Assembly: GCA_964291495.2 (NCBI GenBank)
Contig: OZ219871.1
Location: 608,001-672,000 of the forward strand
Length of the DNA: 64,000 nt
Source of the DNA: Dehalococcoidia bacterium
GTDB lineage: Bacteria; Chloroflexota; Dehalococcoidia; UBA2979
Direction of reading: 5' to 3'
The notes under the pieces were generated by a model. That model was not told the origin of the DNA and ran no database searches. It was given only the letters and a program-made list of their open reading frames with translations. This document shows, one piece after another, positions 17,448-26,331 of this stretch (positions are counted from its first letter, which is position 1; every line of letters begins with the position of its first letter). Position numbers and translations under genes: made by a program.

Positions 17448-20380
17448 TGCTTCCACCTCGTGAACTGGTTGACGCGGCAGATGTGCTTGAAGTCGCAGTA
17501 GCGGGGGCAGGGCGTGACCTGCGGGTTGACCCGGAAGTCGCCGGAGGCCACCGAGGCGCGCACGACCTCGGCGTGCCGCGCGGCGTCCTCGATCAGCGCG
17601 GCGTCCGCCGGGTCCGCGCTGTCGAGCGCCCACTCCTTCTCCCGGGGGTCGAGGTAGGCGTAGCGGGCGATCAGCCGCTCCACCTGCAGCTTCTCGCGCA
17701 GCTGCTCACGCGAGGCGAGCGCGTAGAGCTGGAGCTGCAGGCGGTCGCCACGCTCGACGGAGCGGCGCGTGATCCCGCGGCCGCTCTTGTAGTCGACGAT
17801 CTGCGCGAGGCCCGGTCCCACATCGACGCGGTCGATGTTGCCGCGCAGCCGCAGCGGCGGCTCGATGCCGGGCAGCGCGACGTCGACCTCCTCCTCGAGC
17901 CCGTGGACCGCCGTCGTGCCGAACGCCTCGTTCCACTCCGCCTCGCGGCGGATCAGCCGCTCAAGGTTGTCGGCGATGTCGTCCCAGTCGAGGCGCCAGA
18001 GTGCCGCCCGCCCGAAGTGGTGCTTGCCGGGTGCGCCCAGCCAGAGCTCCCGGCCATGCTCGCGCATGCGCCGGATCGCCTCGTCCGCTGTCGCCGGGAC
18101 GAGCGGGCGCTTGTCGTCCCTCAGCGGGCCCAGCACCGCCTCCATGATGTCGTGGACCACGGTCCCGCGAATCGCCGCGTCCGCCTCGGCCAGCTCGTCC
18201 TCGACCTCGTAGAGGCTCAGCCCGTAGCGGCCGAAGAACTGGAAGGCGCAGGTCCGGTAGCTCTCGATGCGCGTCGCGCTCCAGCGGACGTCGGGCCCGA
18301 CCAGCCGCTCCAGCGCGCCGCCCGCCGAGGTCAGGTCGCCCTCGTGGCGGCCGGCGTTCGCGAACGAGCTTCGCCGCTGCTCGATCGGCGCCGCCGTGCG
18401 CACGACCGGCCAGGCCGCCAGTCCCTCCGGCCGCCGCCGCTCGCCGCCCGGCCAGCGCGCGGTGAGCGTGACGGCCAGCTCACGCTGCGAGGCGGCCTCG
18501 CGCGGCTCGACCTCGGCGGACTCGTCGGCTGCCTCCTCCTCGTCGAAGTACCAGGAGGCGGGGACGGGGCGGCCGCCGTCGTCGAAGCGCGGCCGCCACA
18601 GCGAGGTCGCGCTATCGGCGCGCGACGAGGCGGAGCGCCACAGCTCGTCCTCCGTCGAGCGCGGCTCCGGGGGCAGTTCCAGGCCCGCCCCGCCCAGTTG
18701 CTCGCGCGCCTCGCGATCGAGCAGGCGTGCGGCGCGGCGCGGCGCGGGGAACTCGCCCTCCGCGAGGCCGCCGATGAAGACGTGCGCGAAGCGCAGCCCG
18801 TGCAGCGTGTGCATCGGCGCGAACAGCACGCCGCCGGCCTCGCGCAGCAGCACCGCGGGCCGCTGCATACGCCGCTCCAGCTCCGCGGCGAACGCCTCGA
18901 GCGTGAGCGGCGTACCGCCGAATCGCTCGTCGATCGCGCGCAGCGCGTCGAGGTCGGCGCGCAGCGCCGCCGTCTCGACCTCGAGGCTCTCGTAGCCCTC
19001 GACGGAGGCGCGGACGAGGCCGCCCGGTGCGAGCAGGGCCTCGTCAAGCGCTGCCGCCCACTCGCCCGCCGTGCGGGGCCCGCCGCCGAGCAGCGCGGTC
19101 AGCGCCTCGACGGCCTGCGCGAGGCCGTCGCGTGCGGCGCGCAGGCGGAGGGCGTAGTCCCCGCGACCGTCGGCGTCGGCGCGCTCGGCATCGTCGGCCA
19201 GCGCCTCCCGCAGCCGCTCGAGCTGCTCAAGGCCCGAGAGCAGGTTCCGCCTCCGTCCGATGCGCAGCAGGTGGTCGACGGTGTCGCCCTCGATGCCCCA
19301 ACGGCCGCGATCGAGGAAGGCGGAGCGCAGCAGCTCGGCCAGTCGCGTGAGCCGCCAGTCGTGCTCGGGCAGGCGCAGCAGCGCCAGCACCCAGGTCCCG
19401 AACGGCCTCGAGGCGAGGCGCTCGCCGGCGGCCGGGTCGAAGGGCAGCTCGTACTCGGCGAAGACGCGGCGGGCGAGCGCAAGGTGCTGCGAGGCCTGGC
19501 GGAAGGCCACGGCCACGTCCGAGGGCCGCAGCGCCTCCTCCTCGCCCAGCCGCTGCTTGATCGCACGCGCGATCCCGCGCAGCTGCGCCTCGGCGTCGAA
19601 GGCGCGGTGGGCGCTGCTGCCGGCGGCACCGTCGCGCTCCTCCAGCTCCTCGACGGCCGCGCCGCCGGCCACCACTTCGAGGCGCGACGCCGTCCAGCGC
19701 GCCCGCTCGCTCGCCTCGCGATCGATGGCGACGAGCACGCGGGTGCGGTCGGCCAGTGCGGTGACGAGCGACTGCTCGCGCGGGCTCAGGAACTCAAACG
19801 AGTCGACGAGCACGAGGCCCGGCGGATCGGGACCGCCCTCGATTGCCTCGGCGGCCAGCGATGGCGCCTCGCTGGGATCGTGCCACCGCCGCTGGGCGAG
19901 GTCGCGCCGGTAGGCGGCGTAGATGTCGGCGAGCGCGGCGAGGTCGTCGCTCTCCGCGCCCGCGGCGGCCGCCGCGAACGCCGCGGGCTCGACGTCGGCG
20001 GCAACCAGCTCCGTCACCGCCTCGGCGATCAGCGCGTGCAGGCCCGGCTTGTCGGCGATCGGTGCGAAGCGGCCGGCCTCGCCCGACGCGATGCGCTTCA
20101 GCGAGACGCGCCGCAGCAGGTCCGCCGCCACCTCGCGCGACAGCGTCCGACCGGCCGCGTGCCGGCGCGCGTACTGCGCCAGCGTCGAGACATCGAGGCT
20201 GAGGGCGACGCCGCACGCCGCGACCAAGCGGCGGCGGAACTGGTCGCCGTGCCGCGCCGTCGGCACGAGCACGAGCGTGGGGGCGAAGCGGTCGTCCTGG
20301 TAGCGCCTCGCGGCGTGCTCGACGAGCCGCCCGGTCTTCCCGGACCCGGCGGGCCCGCACACCATCACCAACTCGCCCAT
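17438..20380 (-). CDS. addB: AddB-type inactive helicase with Fe-S PD-(D/E)XK nuclease
   Basis: GPAGSGKT, SATRIESYRTCAFQFF, GNIDRVD...IVDYKSG, QLQLY, CPRYCDFKHIC (4-Cys staple); overlaps the addA start. Confidence 0.88.
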   Translation of the reverse strand: MGELVMVCGPAGSGKTGRLVEHAARRYQDDRFAPTLVLVPTARHGDQFRRRLVAACGVALSLDVSTLAQYARRHAAGRTLSREVAADLLRRVSLKRIASGEAGRFAPIADKPGLHALIAEAVTELVAADVEPAAFAAAAAGAESDDLAALADIYAAYRRDLAQRRWHDPSEAPSLAAEAIEGGPDPPGLVLVDSFEFLSPREQSLVTALADRTRVLVAIDREASERARWTASRLEVVAGGAAVEELEERDGAAGSSAHRAFDAEAQLRGIARAIKQRLGEEEALRPSDVAVAFRQASQHLALARRVFAEYELPFDPAAGERLASRPFGTWVLALLRLPEHDWRLTRLAELLRSAFLDRGRWGIEGDTVDHLLRIGRRRNLLSGLEQLERLREALADDAERADADGRGDYALRLRAARDGLAQAVEALTALLGGGPRTAGEWAAALDEALLAPGGLVRASVEGYESLEVETAALRADLDALRAIDERFGGTPLTLEAFAAELERRMQRPAVLLREAGGVLFAPMHTLHGLRFAHVFIGGLAEGEFPAPRRAARLLDREAREQLGGAGLELPPEPRSTEDELWRSASSRADSATSLWRPRFDDGGRPVPASWYFDEEEAADESAEVEPREAASQRELAVTLTARWPGGERRRPEGLAAWPVVRTAAPIEQRRSSFANAGRHEGDLTSAGGALERLVGPDVRWSATRIESYRTCAFQFFGRYGLSLYEVEDELAEADAAIRGTVVHDIMEAVLGPLRDDKRPLVPATADEAIRRMREHGRELWLGAPGKHHFGRAALWRLDWDDIADNLERLIRREAEWNEAFGTTAVHGLEEEVDVALPGIEPPLRLRGNIDRVDVGPGLAQIVDYKSGRGITRRSVERGDRLQLQLYALASREQLREKLQVERLIARYAYLDPREKEWALDSADPADAALIEDAARHAEVVRASVASGDFRVNPQVTPCPRYCDFKHICRVNQFTRWKQWT

Positions 20381-20609
20381 CACCCCCGATTGTAGCGAGC
20401 GCCGGGCCAGGTCTCGCGCATCTCCTCGGAGCTCGACATGGCCGTTACGAGCTTCCGGGAGCGCCCGCTCGCTACTGCTACCTCGAGGCGTTCCTCCGGG
20501 AGAGCGCCATGCGATCTGCTAGCCTTGCGCGACCCCGCCCGACTGCACGGTTACGGCGCGCAGGGTCGCCCGTGACGGACTCCGCGATGGACAGACCGGG
20601 GAGCAGACC

Positions 20610-21296
20610 ATGTCGGACCTGATCGAACACCTCCGATCCTTCAACCGGAAGGAGCGCTTCATCCTGCTGCGCGAGGCCCTCGGCACCGACACCCTGGGCG
20701 ACGACTTCCGCGAGCGGCTCGGCGAAGCCATCGGCGTTGAGGTCCCTGCCGATGCGTTCGTCGCGATGGACTACCACCTCGACTGGCTGCAGATGGCGCT
20801 CTACCTGGCGGGCAATCCCTCGCCGCCGGAGCGTATCCACAACGACGGACTCGTCTCCGGGAACCAGGAAGATGCGGACCTGATCATCGCGTTCGACGGG
20901 GATTCGACGACGCACGTCGCCCTGGTTGAAGCGAAGGTCGAGACGAACTGGACGAACAGGCAGCTCAAGTCGAAGGCCAAGCGGCTCAGCCGGATCTTTG
21001 GCGAAGGGCGGCCCGGGGTTCACCAAGCGACGCCCCACTATGTGCTCGCGTCACCCGACCCGCCCCCTCCGGGCATCAGCACGGCCGATTGGCCCGAGTG
21101 GATGAAGCCCCGTGAAGAGCCGGTCTGGATGTCACTCAAGAGGCCGGCCGGGCTGAAGAAGCCGACGCGGTGCACAACGCTCGGGAAGACCTCGCGGCGG
21201 GGCCGCTTCGTGAAAATCGAATCGGTGAGCGGCGACGACCAGCCAGCAGCACCAGGCGTCGGTCCGCACGAGATCGTGCACAACGGCCAGACGTAG
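20610..21296 (+). CDS. Hypothetical protein, putative PD-(D/E)XK nuclease fold
   Basis: GGGGAG RBS; QEDADLIIAF...LVEAK...Q resembles the D...ExK nuclease motif. Confidence 0.65.
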   Translation: MSDLIEHLRSFNRKERFILLREALGTDTLGDDFRERLGEAIGVEVPADAFVAMDYHLDWLQMALYLAGNPSPPERIHNDGLVSGNQEDADLIIAFDGDSTTHVALVEAKVETNWTNRQLKSKAKRLSRIFGEGRPGVHQATPHYVLASPDPPPPGISTADWPEWMKPREEPVWMSLKRPAGLKKPTRCTTLGKTSRRGRFVKIESVSGDDQPAAPGVGPHEIVHNGQT

Positions 21297-21367
21297 ACCG
21301 TCGACTCAGAGGGCTGGGTCTTGCTGCCCTCGGGCCGCCGAGATAAGCGCTACAAGTACCCGCTCGG

Positions 21368-21799
21368 TCAGCACCCCTGAGTGCGAAGCTGCTCGATCCG
21401 CCGCAGCACGGCCGTCACGAGCCCGGACTCGATCGCGTCCGCTACAGCGCCTTCGACGAAGCGCTCGGAGCGGATCACCACCGTGAGGAGGCGCACGAGG
21501 TCGAGCGCGGTCGCCTGCTCGATTGCCCCTCGATCGTCCCAGAGGCGCCGCGCCTCAGGCGTCTGCGCCCACTCGCCCCAATCGAAATCAGAGCGCACCC
21601 AGCCGTCGCGGTAGGCCACTTCAACGAACCGGGACGTGAGTTCCGAGTCCGAGAACCACGGCATGGTGAAGGTGCCGGGCTCCGTCTCGCCTCCCCCCTT
21701 CCAGGTTCCGAATTCGGCATCGGGCGCCTCGAAGGCGGGAAGGAGGGACGCCAGGCCATCGAGCCGCGGGCGGGCCGACTCGTCGTGCTGATCGGTCAA
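21368..21799 (-). CDS. DUF6508-like protein
   Basis: GWVRSDFDWGEW, LVRLLTVVIRSERFVEG, ESGLVTAVLRRI; AGGAGG RBS before TTG. Confidence 0.75.
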   Translation of the reverse strand: MTDQHDESARPRLDGLASLLPAFEAPDAEFGTWKGGGETEPGTFTMPWFSDSELTSRFVEVAYRDGWVRSDFDWGEWAQTPEARRLWDDRGAIEQATALDLVRLLTVVIRSERFVEGAVADAIESGLVTAVLRRIEQLRTQGC

Positions 21800-21920
21800 G
21801 GGTTCGTCCTCCTGTGCCGCCCGCCATTTCGGCTACGCGACGGCGCGCGCCACCCGGACGCCCGTCGTCCGCTCCGCGATCGTATCGTCGTTGACCACCA
21901 TTGCGGGAGACCGACAGCTC

Positions 21921-21983
21921 TTGACAGTCAATGCCACTTTCGCGTACACAGGCCGTGACAGCGGCAAGAGCGAGCGCTCACTC
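21921..21983 (+). promoter_or_regulatory. Promoter TTGACA-N18-TACACA plus palindromic operator GAGCGAGCGCTCACTC (21968-21983)
   Basis: Read directly; the same architecture recurs at 8 other intergenic regions. Confidence 0.75.
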
Positions 21984-22039
21984 CTCGCGCGTGGGCGGGC
22001 GCTCGGCTGGTATCGCGGCGACTGGTACGGGGGTTTCAC

Positions 22040-23269
22040 ATGAGGTTCGGCATCTTCTACGAGCTGGCGGTTCCGAAACCATGGACTCCCGAGAGCGAAC
22101 TCGAGGTCTACCAGACCTCACTCGAGCAGGTGCGGCTCGCCGACGAGCTCGGGTTCGACTCCGTGTGGGCCGTCGAGCATCACTTCCTCGAGGAGTACTC
22201 GCACTGCTCTGCCTCGGATGTCTTCCTCACGGCGTGCGCCGCGCAGACGAAGAATATCCGCATCGGCTTCGGCATTCGCCTGCTGCTCCCGCCGTTCAAC
22301 CACCCGGTCCGCACGGCGGAGACGGCGGCCGCGATCGACCTGATCAGCAACGGGCGCCTCGAGTTCGGCACCGGCCGCTCCCAGACCTGGAACGAGCTGG
22401 GCGGCTTCCTCTGCGACCCCGACGACACCAAGGACATGTGGGCCGAGGCGGTCGAGGCGATCCCGAAGATGTGGAAGGAAGAGTACTTCTCCTGGGACGG
22501 CAAGTACTTCAACGTGCCGCCCCGCAACGTCCTCCCGAAGCCCCTGCAGAAGCCGCACCCGCCGATGTGGGTCGCGGTCAGCAGTCCCGAGACTGCCATC
22601 CAGGCGGGCGAGCGGGGCCTCGGAATGCTCGGCGTCAGCGGCGCCGCGCCCGAGGAGCAGGCGAAGCGGATCAACACCTACCGGGAGCTCGTCAGGAACT
22701 GCGAGCCGGTCGGCGACTTCGTGAACGAGCGGGTGGGGACGCTGAACTGGCTCCACTGCTCCGAGGATCCGGACGAGGCGGCGATGTACGGCCAGCAGCT
22801 GGTGCAGGGATTCAACCAGCTGAACGCGCACTTCGTCGCGATCCGGCAGGTCTACCCCACGCGCGTCTACCGCGCGCCAGGTGGCGGCGCCCGGGCGCGG
22901 CGCGACCGGCGAGGGGCCGCCTCCCAGCGCGCCGAGGCAGCGAAGCGGCCGGCAGGGGGCGGACTCGCCTCGGCGAGCCAGGCGGGCACGTTCCGCCGGG
23001 ACGACCTGGCGATCGGCACGCCCGACCAGATCATCAAGAACATGAAGCGCTGGGAGGAGATGGGCGTCGACCTCGTGACCTGTCTCGTCAGCGTCGGCAC
23101 GCTCGTGCCGCAGGAGAAGATCCTGAAGTCCCTCAAGCTCTTCGCGGAAGAGGTGATCCCGGCCTTCGACAAGGGCGAAGACGAGCCGAAGCCGTACGAC
23201 CCCCGGGCCCGGGCGGCGACGAACGGCCGGTCGGGGAGCAAGGCGAAGAAGGCCGCCGCGGCATCGTAA
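22040..23269 (+). CDS. LLM-class flavin-dependent oxidoreductase
   Basis: MRFGIFYEL, ADELGFDSVWAVEHH, GRLEFGTGR, PKPLQKPHPPMW. Confidence 0.93.
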   Translation: MRFGIFYELAVPKPWTPESELEVYQTSLEQVRLADELGFDSVWAVEHHFLEEYSHCSASDVFLTACAAQTKNIRIGFGIRLLLPPFNHPVRTAETAAAIDLISNGRLEFGTGRSQTWNELGGFLCDPDDTKDMWAEAVEAIPKMWKEEYFSWDGKYFNVPPRNVLPKPLQKPHPPMWVAVSSPETAIQAGERGLGMLGVSGAAPEEQAKRINTYRELVRNCEPVGDFVNERVGTLNWLHCSEDPDEAAMYGQQLVQGFNQLNAHFVAIRQVYPTRVYRAPGGGARARRDRRGAASQRAEAAKRPAGGGLASASQAGTFRRDDLAIGTPDQIIKNMKRWEEMGVDLVTCLVSVGTLVPQEKILKSLKLFAEEVIPAFDKGEDEPKPYDPRARAATNGRSGSKAKKAAAAS

Positions 23270-23305
23270 GGGCGATCGCGAGGACGCTGGAGGAAGGAGC
23301 CCGCA

Positions 23306-24049
23306 ATGCCTGAGTACGGGCGGTTTGGCGTCGACAAGCTCCCGTTCACGACGCCATTCCTGGCGCCGCTCTACCCCGCGCCTCCCTGGATGCTCGAGGA
23401 CAGCGAAATCCTCCTGATGAGCTACGAGATCGACAAGGATCTCGCGGAGAGTTCGCTGCCGCCGGCACTCTCGCGCTCGTACCCGCCGTACGGGCACATC
23501 ATGGTCTCGTACTACCCCTCGAGCCCGGTCGGGCCGTTCGGCCAGGCGACGCAGATGATCGTCTGCCGCTGGCGGACCACCGCGCGCGCGTTCCCGCTCT
23601 TCACCATCGTCAGCACGGAGGCGGCCTGTGCGGCCTTCCGCGAGTTCTGGGCCTTCCCGGCGAAGCTCGGCGAGGTGACGCTGGAACGAAACGGCGATAC
23701 TGTCAGCGCCTCAATCGGGCGAAACGGCGATGTGCTCGCGAGCGTGCGGATGACGGACCTGGAAGAGGTCACCGCCGGCGAGATGCGCTACGACCCGATG
23801 ATGAACGCGCGCGTGGTGCGCGCCGCCCGGGAGGAAGACGACCCGCCCGTCCTCGAACTGGATCAGATCGACCCCGACTACACGTACAAGCAGACGTGGC
23901 GCGGCCAGGGCGCGGTCGAGTTCCCGGCGGCGAGCGAGGCCGACCCGTGGCACCTGATGCAGAACCGTAACCACATCGCCACGACGTTCGCCGTCTGTGA
24001 CACGCAGCTCGGTTTCGCGCGCTACGTCGTCTCGTTCGACGAGCCCTGA
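23306..24049 (+). CDS. Acetoacetate decarboxylase-like fold protein
   Basis: PLYPAPPW, SPVGPF, REFWAFPAKLG, WRGQGAVEF...DPW; AAGGAG RBS. Confidence 0.8.
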   Translation: MPEYGRFGVDKLPFTTPFLAPLYPAPPWMLEDSEILLMSYEIDKDLAESSLPPALSRSYPPYGHIMVSYYPSSPVGPFGQATQMIVCRWRTTARAFPLFTIVSTEAACAAFREFWAFPAKLGEVTLERNGDTVSASIGRNGDVLASVRMTDLEEVTAGEMRYDPMMNARVVRAAREEDDPPVLELDQIDPDYTYKQTWRGQGAVEFPAASEADPWHLMQNRNHIATTFAVCDTQLGFARYVVSFDEP

Positions 24050-24090
24050 TCACGATTCGCCCGGCGGAGGCTCGATCGCGAGTGCCTGCG

Positions 24091-24196
24091 GAGACCTTCG
24101 CGTAACCCTCTCCTCGGGGCAGCGAGCGCATCCCCTCCGGTCCCCTCCCCAGGGGGAGGGGCCGGAGCGGGCTTGTGGGAGTTTCGCAAGGGTCTC
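24091..24196. mobile_element. 106-bp MITE-like element with imperfect TIRs and 5-bp CTGCG target duplication
   Basis: Left end GAGACCTTCGCGTAACCC, right end reverse complement GAGACCCTTGCGAAACTC; CTGCG at 24086-24090 and 24197-24201; related copy at 30757. Confidence 0.7.
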
Positions 24197-24208
24197 CTGC
24201 GCGACAGG

Positions 24209-24865
24209 CTAGTCGTTCAGGTGGTCGAGTCCGCGCCGCAGCAGCGTGAACGCCTCGTCCAGCAGGTCGGCCGGGCGGTCCACGCCCCCGGCGTAGAGCC
24301 ACCGCCTGCGCATCGCGCGAATCGAGCCGACCACGGCGCCGGCGGCCAGCTGCGCGCGGGGGTCGTCCGGCTGTAGTCCGTACTCCTCGGCGATGACCGG
24401 CGCGAGGATGTCCTCGCGCTGCGCGTCGAGGGCAGCCATGCGCGCCGACAGCGCCGGGACCTCGAGCAGGAGCCTGCCGACGCGCACGTCGTAGTGCGGG
24501 TGCTCGTAACCCATGACGCGCAGCACGTCGCGCGAAGCGCGCCGCACGCGATCGACCAGGGTCTCGCCCGGAAACCGGGTCGCCAGTGACTCGCGGTAGG
24601 TCTCCGTGAGCTCGTCGCTGTCGAAGAAGATCACGTCTTCCTTGGACCTGAAGTAGCGGAAGTAGGTGCGCTCGGAGACACCGGCCTCGCTGGCGATCTC
24701 CTCGACGGTCGTCTCGTCGTAGCCGCGCTCCGAGAAGAGGCGGATGGCCGCCCGCGCCAGCCCCTCGCGCGTCCGCAGCTTCTTCTGCTCGCGCAGCGAG
24801 GCGGGCTTCGGCGTTCGCTTCCCGCCTCTCGGCGGGTCCGCTGTCTCGAGATGAGGTGATGGCAT
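24209..24865 (-). CDS. TetR/AcrR family transcriptional regulator
   Basis: LREQKKLRTREGLARAAIRLFSERGYDETTVEEIASEAGVSERTYFRYFRSKEDV. Confidence 0.93.
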   Translation of the reverse strand: MPSPHLETADPPRGGKRTPKPASLREQKKLRTREGLARAAIRLFSERGYDETTVEEIASEAGVSERTYFRYFRSKEDVIFFDSDELTETYRESLATRFPGETLVDRVRRASRDVLRVMGYEHPHYDVRVGRLLLEVPALSARMAALDAQREDILAPVIAEEYGLQPDDPRAQLAAGAVVGSIRAMRRRWLYAGGVDRPADLLDEAFTLLRRGLDHLND

Positions 24866-24962
24866 CACGCTCTCCAGGCGCGTGGCGAGGCTGCTCGCTA
24901 GAATCTTGTCACCCGCTGTCAAGTTTGGCAACACGCCGGGGCCGCGCGCCCGGCCCCTTCGC

Positions 24963-25023
24963 TTGACACCGGCGCCGAGGGTCGGGTACACGGTGGCGCA
25001 AGCGCGCGAGCGAGCGCTCACTC
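24963..25023 (+). promoter_or_regulatory. Promoter TTGACA-N18-TACACG plus operator GAGCGAGCGCTCACTC (25008-25023)
   Basis: Operator identical to the one at 21968. Confidence 0.75.
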
Positions 25024-25050
25024 CTGTCGCGGCGGGTCAAGGAGGGTCCG

Positions 25051-26244
25051 ATGAGTCCGACCGGCCAGATCCTGGCTGACCTCAAGGTCATCGACCTGAC
25101 CACGAACGTGGCCGGACCGGTCGCAGCGCGCCTGTTCGGCGAGCTGGGCGCCGATGTGGTTCATGTCGAGCCGCCGCACGGAGACGACGGCCGCAACTCA
25201 ACGACGGCGTTCCTCGGACGTGAAGGCGTATTCCACTCCGTTGGGAACCGCAACAAGCGCGGCGTTGTGATCGACCTCAAGACACCACGCGGGTGCGAGG
25301 TCATGAAGAGCCTGCTCCAGCAGGCGGACTTCTTCGTCGAGAACATGACGAAGGGCACCCTCGATGACCTCGGGCTGGGCTGGGACACGCTGCACGCACT
25401 CAACCCGCGGCTGATCCAGATCTCAATCACCGGCTGGGGTCAGAGCGGCCCGCTCGCGTACGAGCCGGGGTACGACGTCCTCGTGCAGGCCTTCACGGGC
25501 GCCGTGCGGTCGGAGAACGGCGAGTTCCGCGCGCTGGGCGGGCTCCGCGGTGACCCGACGGCGCCGCTGCTGGGCGCCTTCGCCGCGATGGGCGCGCTCT
25601 ACGAGCGGGAACGAACCGGCAAAGGGGCGCTGGTCACCAGTTCCGTGCTGCAGGGCGCCGTCCACATGGCGGGCGCCGGCATGGTGATCGCGCACGACGA
25701 ACCCCCGAAGGAGGAGAACGGCCGTGGCCCGGTCGGCGGCCTCGGAGGGCTCGGCCCGTTCTGGGCAGCCGACGGGAAGGGCGTCTTCCTCTGCGCCTGG
25801 AACGACCGCCAGTTCGTCGATCTCTGCGACCTCGCGGGCTTCCCCGAGGTCGGCGCCGATCCGGCGTACGCCACCCGCTTCCTGAGGTCGGGAGAGAGCG
25901 GCGCGAGGCTGAACGCCCTCTTCGGAGAGTGGGTCGCCTCCAAGAATCGCGACGAGATCGTCGAGGAGATGCGCGCGCGGCGCATCCCCGTCTCGCCGGT
26001 CAATCAAACCCTCGACGAGCTGCAGGACGATCCGCACATCCTCGACAACGACCTGATCACCTCGCTCGATCATCCGACGAAGGGCCGCCTGAGCATGATC
26101 GGGGCGATGTACGAGATCGACGGGGACGGCCCGCAGTACCGGCCGGCCCCGCTGCTGGGCGAGCACACGGACGACGTGCTCGGGGACTACGGCTTCTCGC
26201 CGGAGCAGATCAGCGAGTTGCGGGAGTGCGGCGCGGTCGCCTGA
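25051..26244 (+). CDS. Family III CoA-transferase
   Basis: DLKVIDLTTNVAGP, LGADVVHVEPP, NRNKRGVVIDLK, APLLGEHT; AAGGAGG RBS. Confidence 0.92.
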   Translation: MSPTGQILADLKVIDLTTNVAGPVAARLFGELGADVVHVEPPHGDDGRNSTTAFLGREGVFHSVGNRNKRGVVIDLKTPRGCEVMKSLLQQADFFVENMTKGTLDDLGLGWDTLHALNPRLIQISITGWGQSGPLAYEPGYDVLVQAFTGAVRSENGEFRALGGLRGDPTAPLLGAFAAMGALYERERTGKGALVTSSVLQGAVHMAGAGMVIAHDEPPKEENGRGPVGGLGGLGPFWAADGKGVFLCAWNDRQFVDLCDLAGFPEVGADPAYATRFLRSGESGARLNALFGEWVASKNRDEIVEEMRARRIPVSPVNQTLDELQDDPHILDNDLITSLDHPTKGRLSMIGAMYEIDGDGPQYRPAPLLGEHTDDVLGDYGFSPEQISELRECGAVA

Positions 26245-26331
26245 GCGAGCGCGCCCGGCGTGCAGCCCGGACCGTTCGTAGCCGGCCTGTGATGCCCGGC
26301 CTCGCCCGTGACCGGACCTGGAGTGGCGACG

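Noticed and set aside
14139-20380. Helicase-nuclease pair as a novel defence system
   Set aside because: Motifs, gene order and the Fe-S staple match housekeeping AddAB recombination repair
21833-21901. Short minus-strand ORF MVVNDDTIAERTTGVRVARAVA
   Set aside because: Too short, no clear RBS or recognisable family
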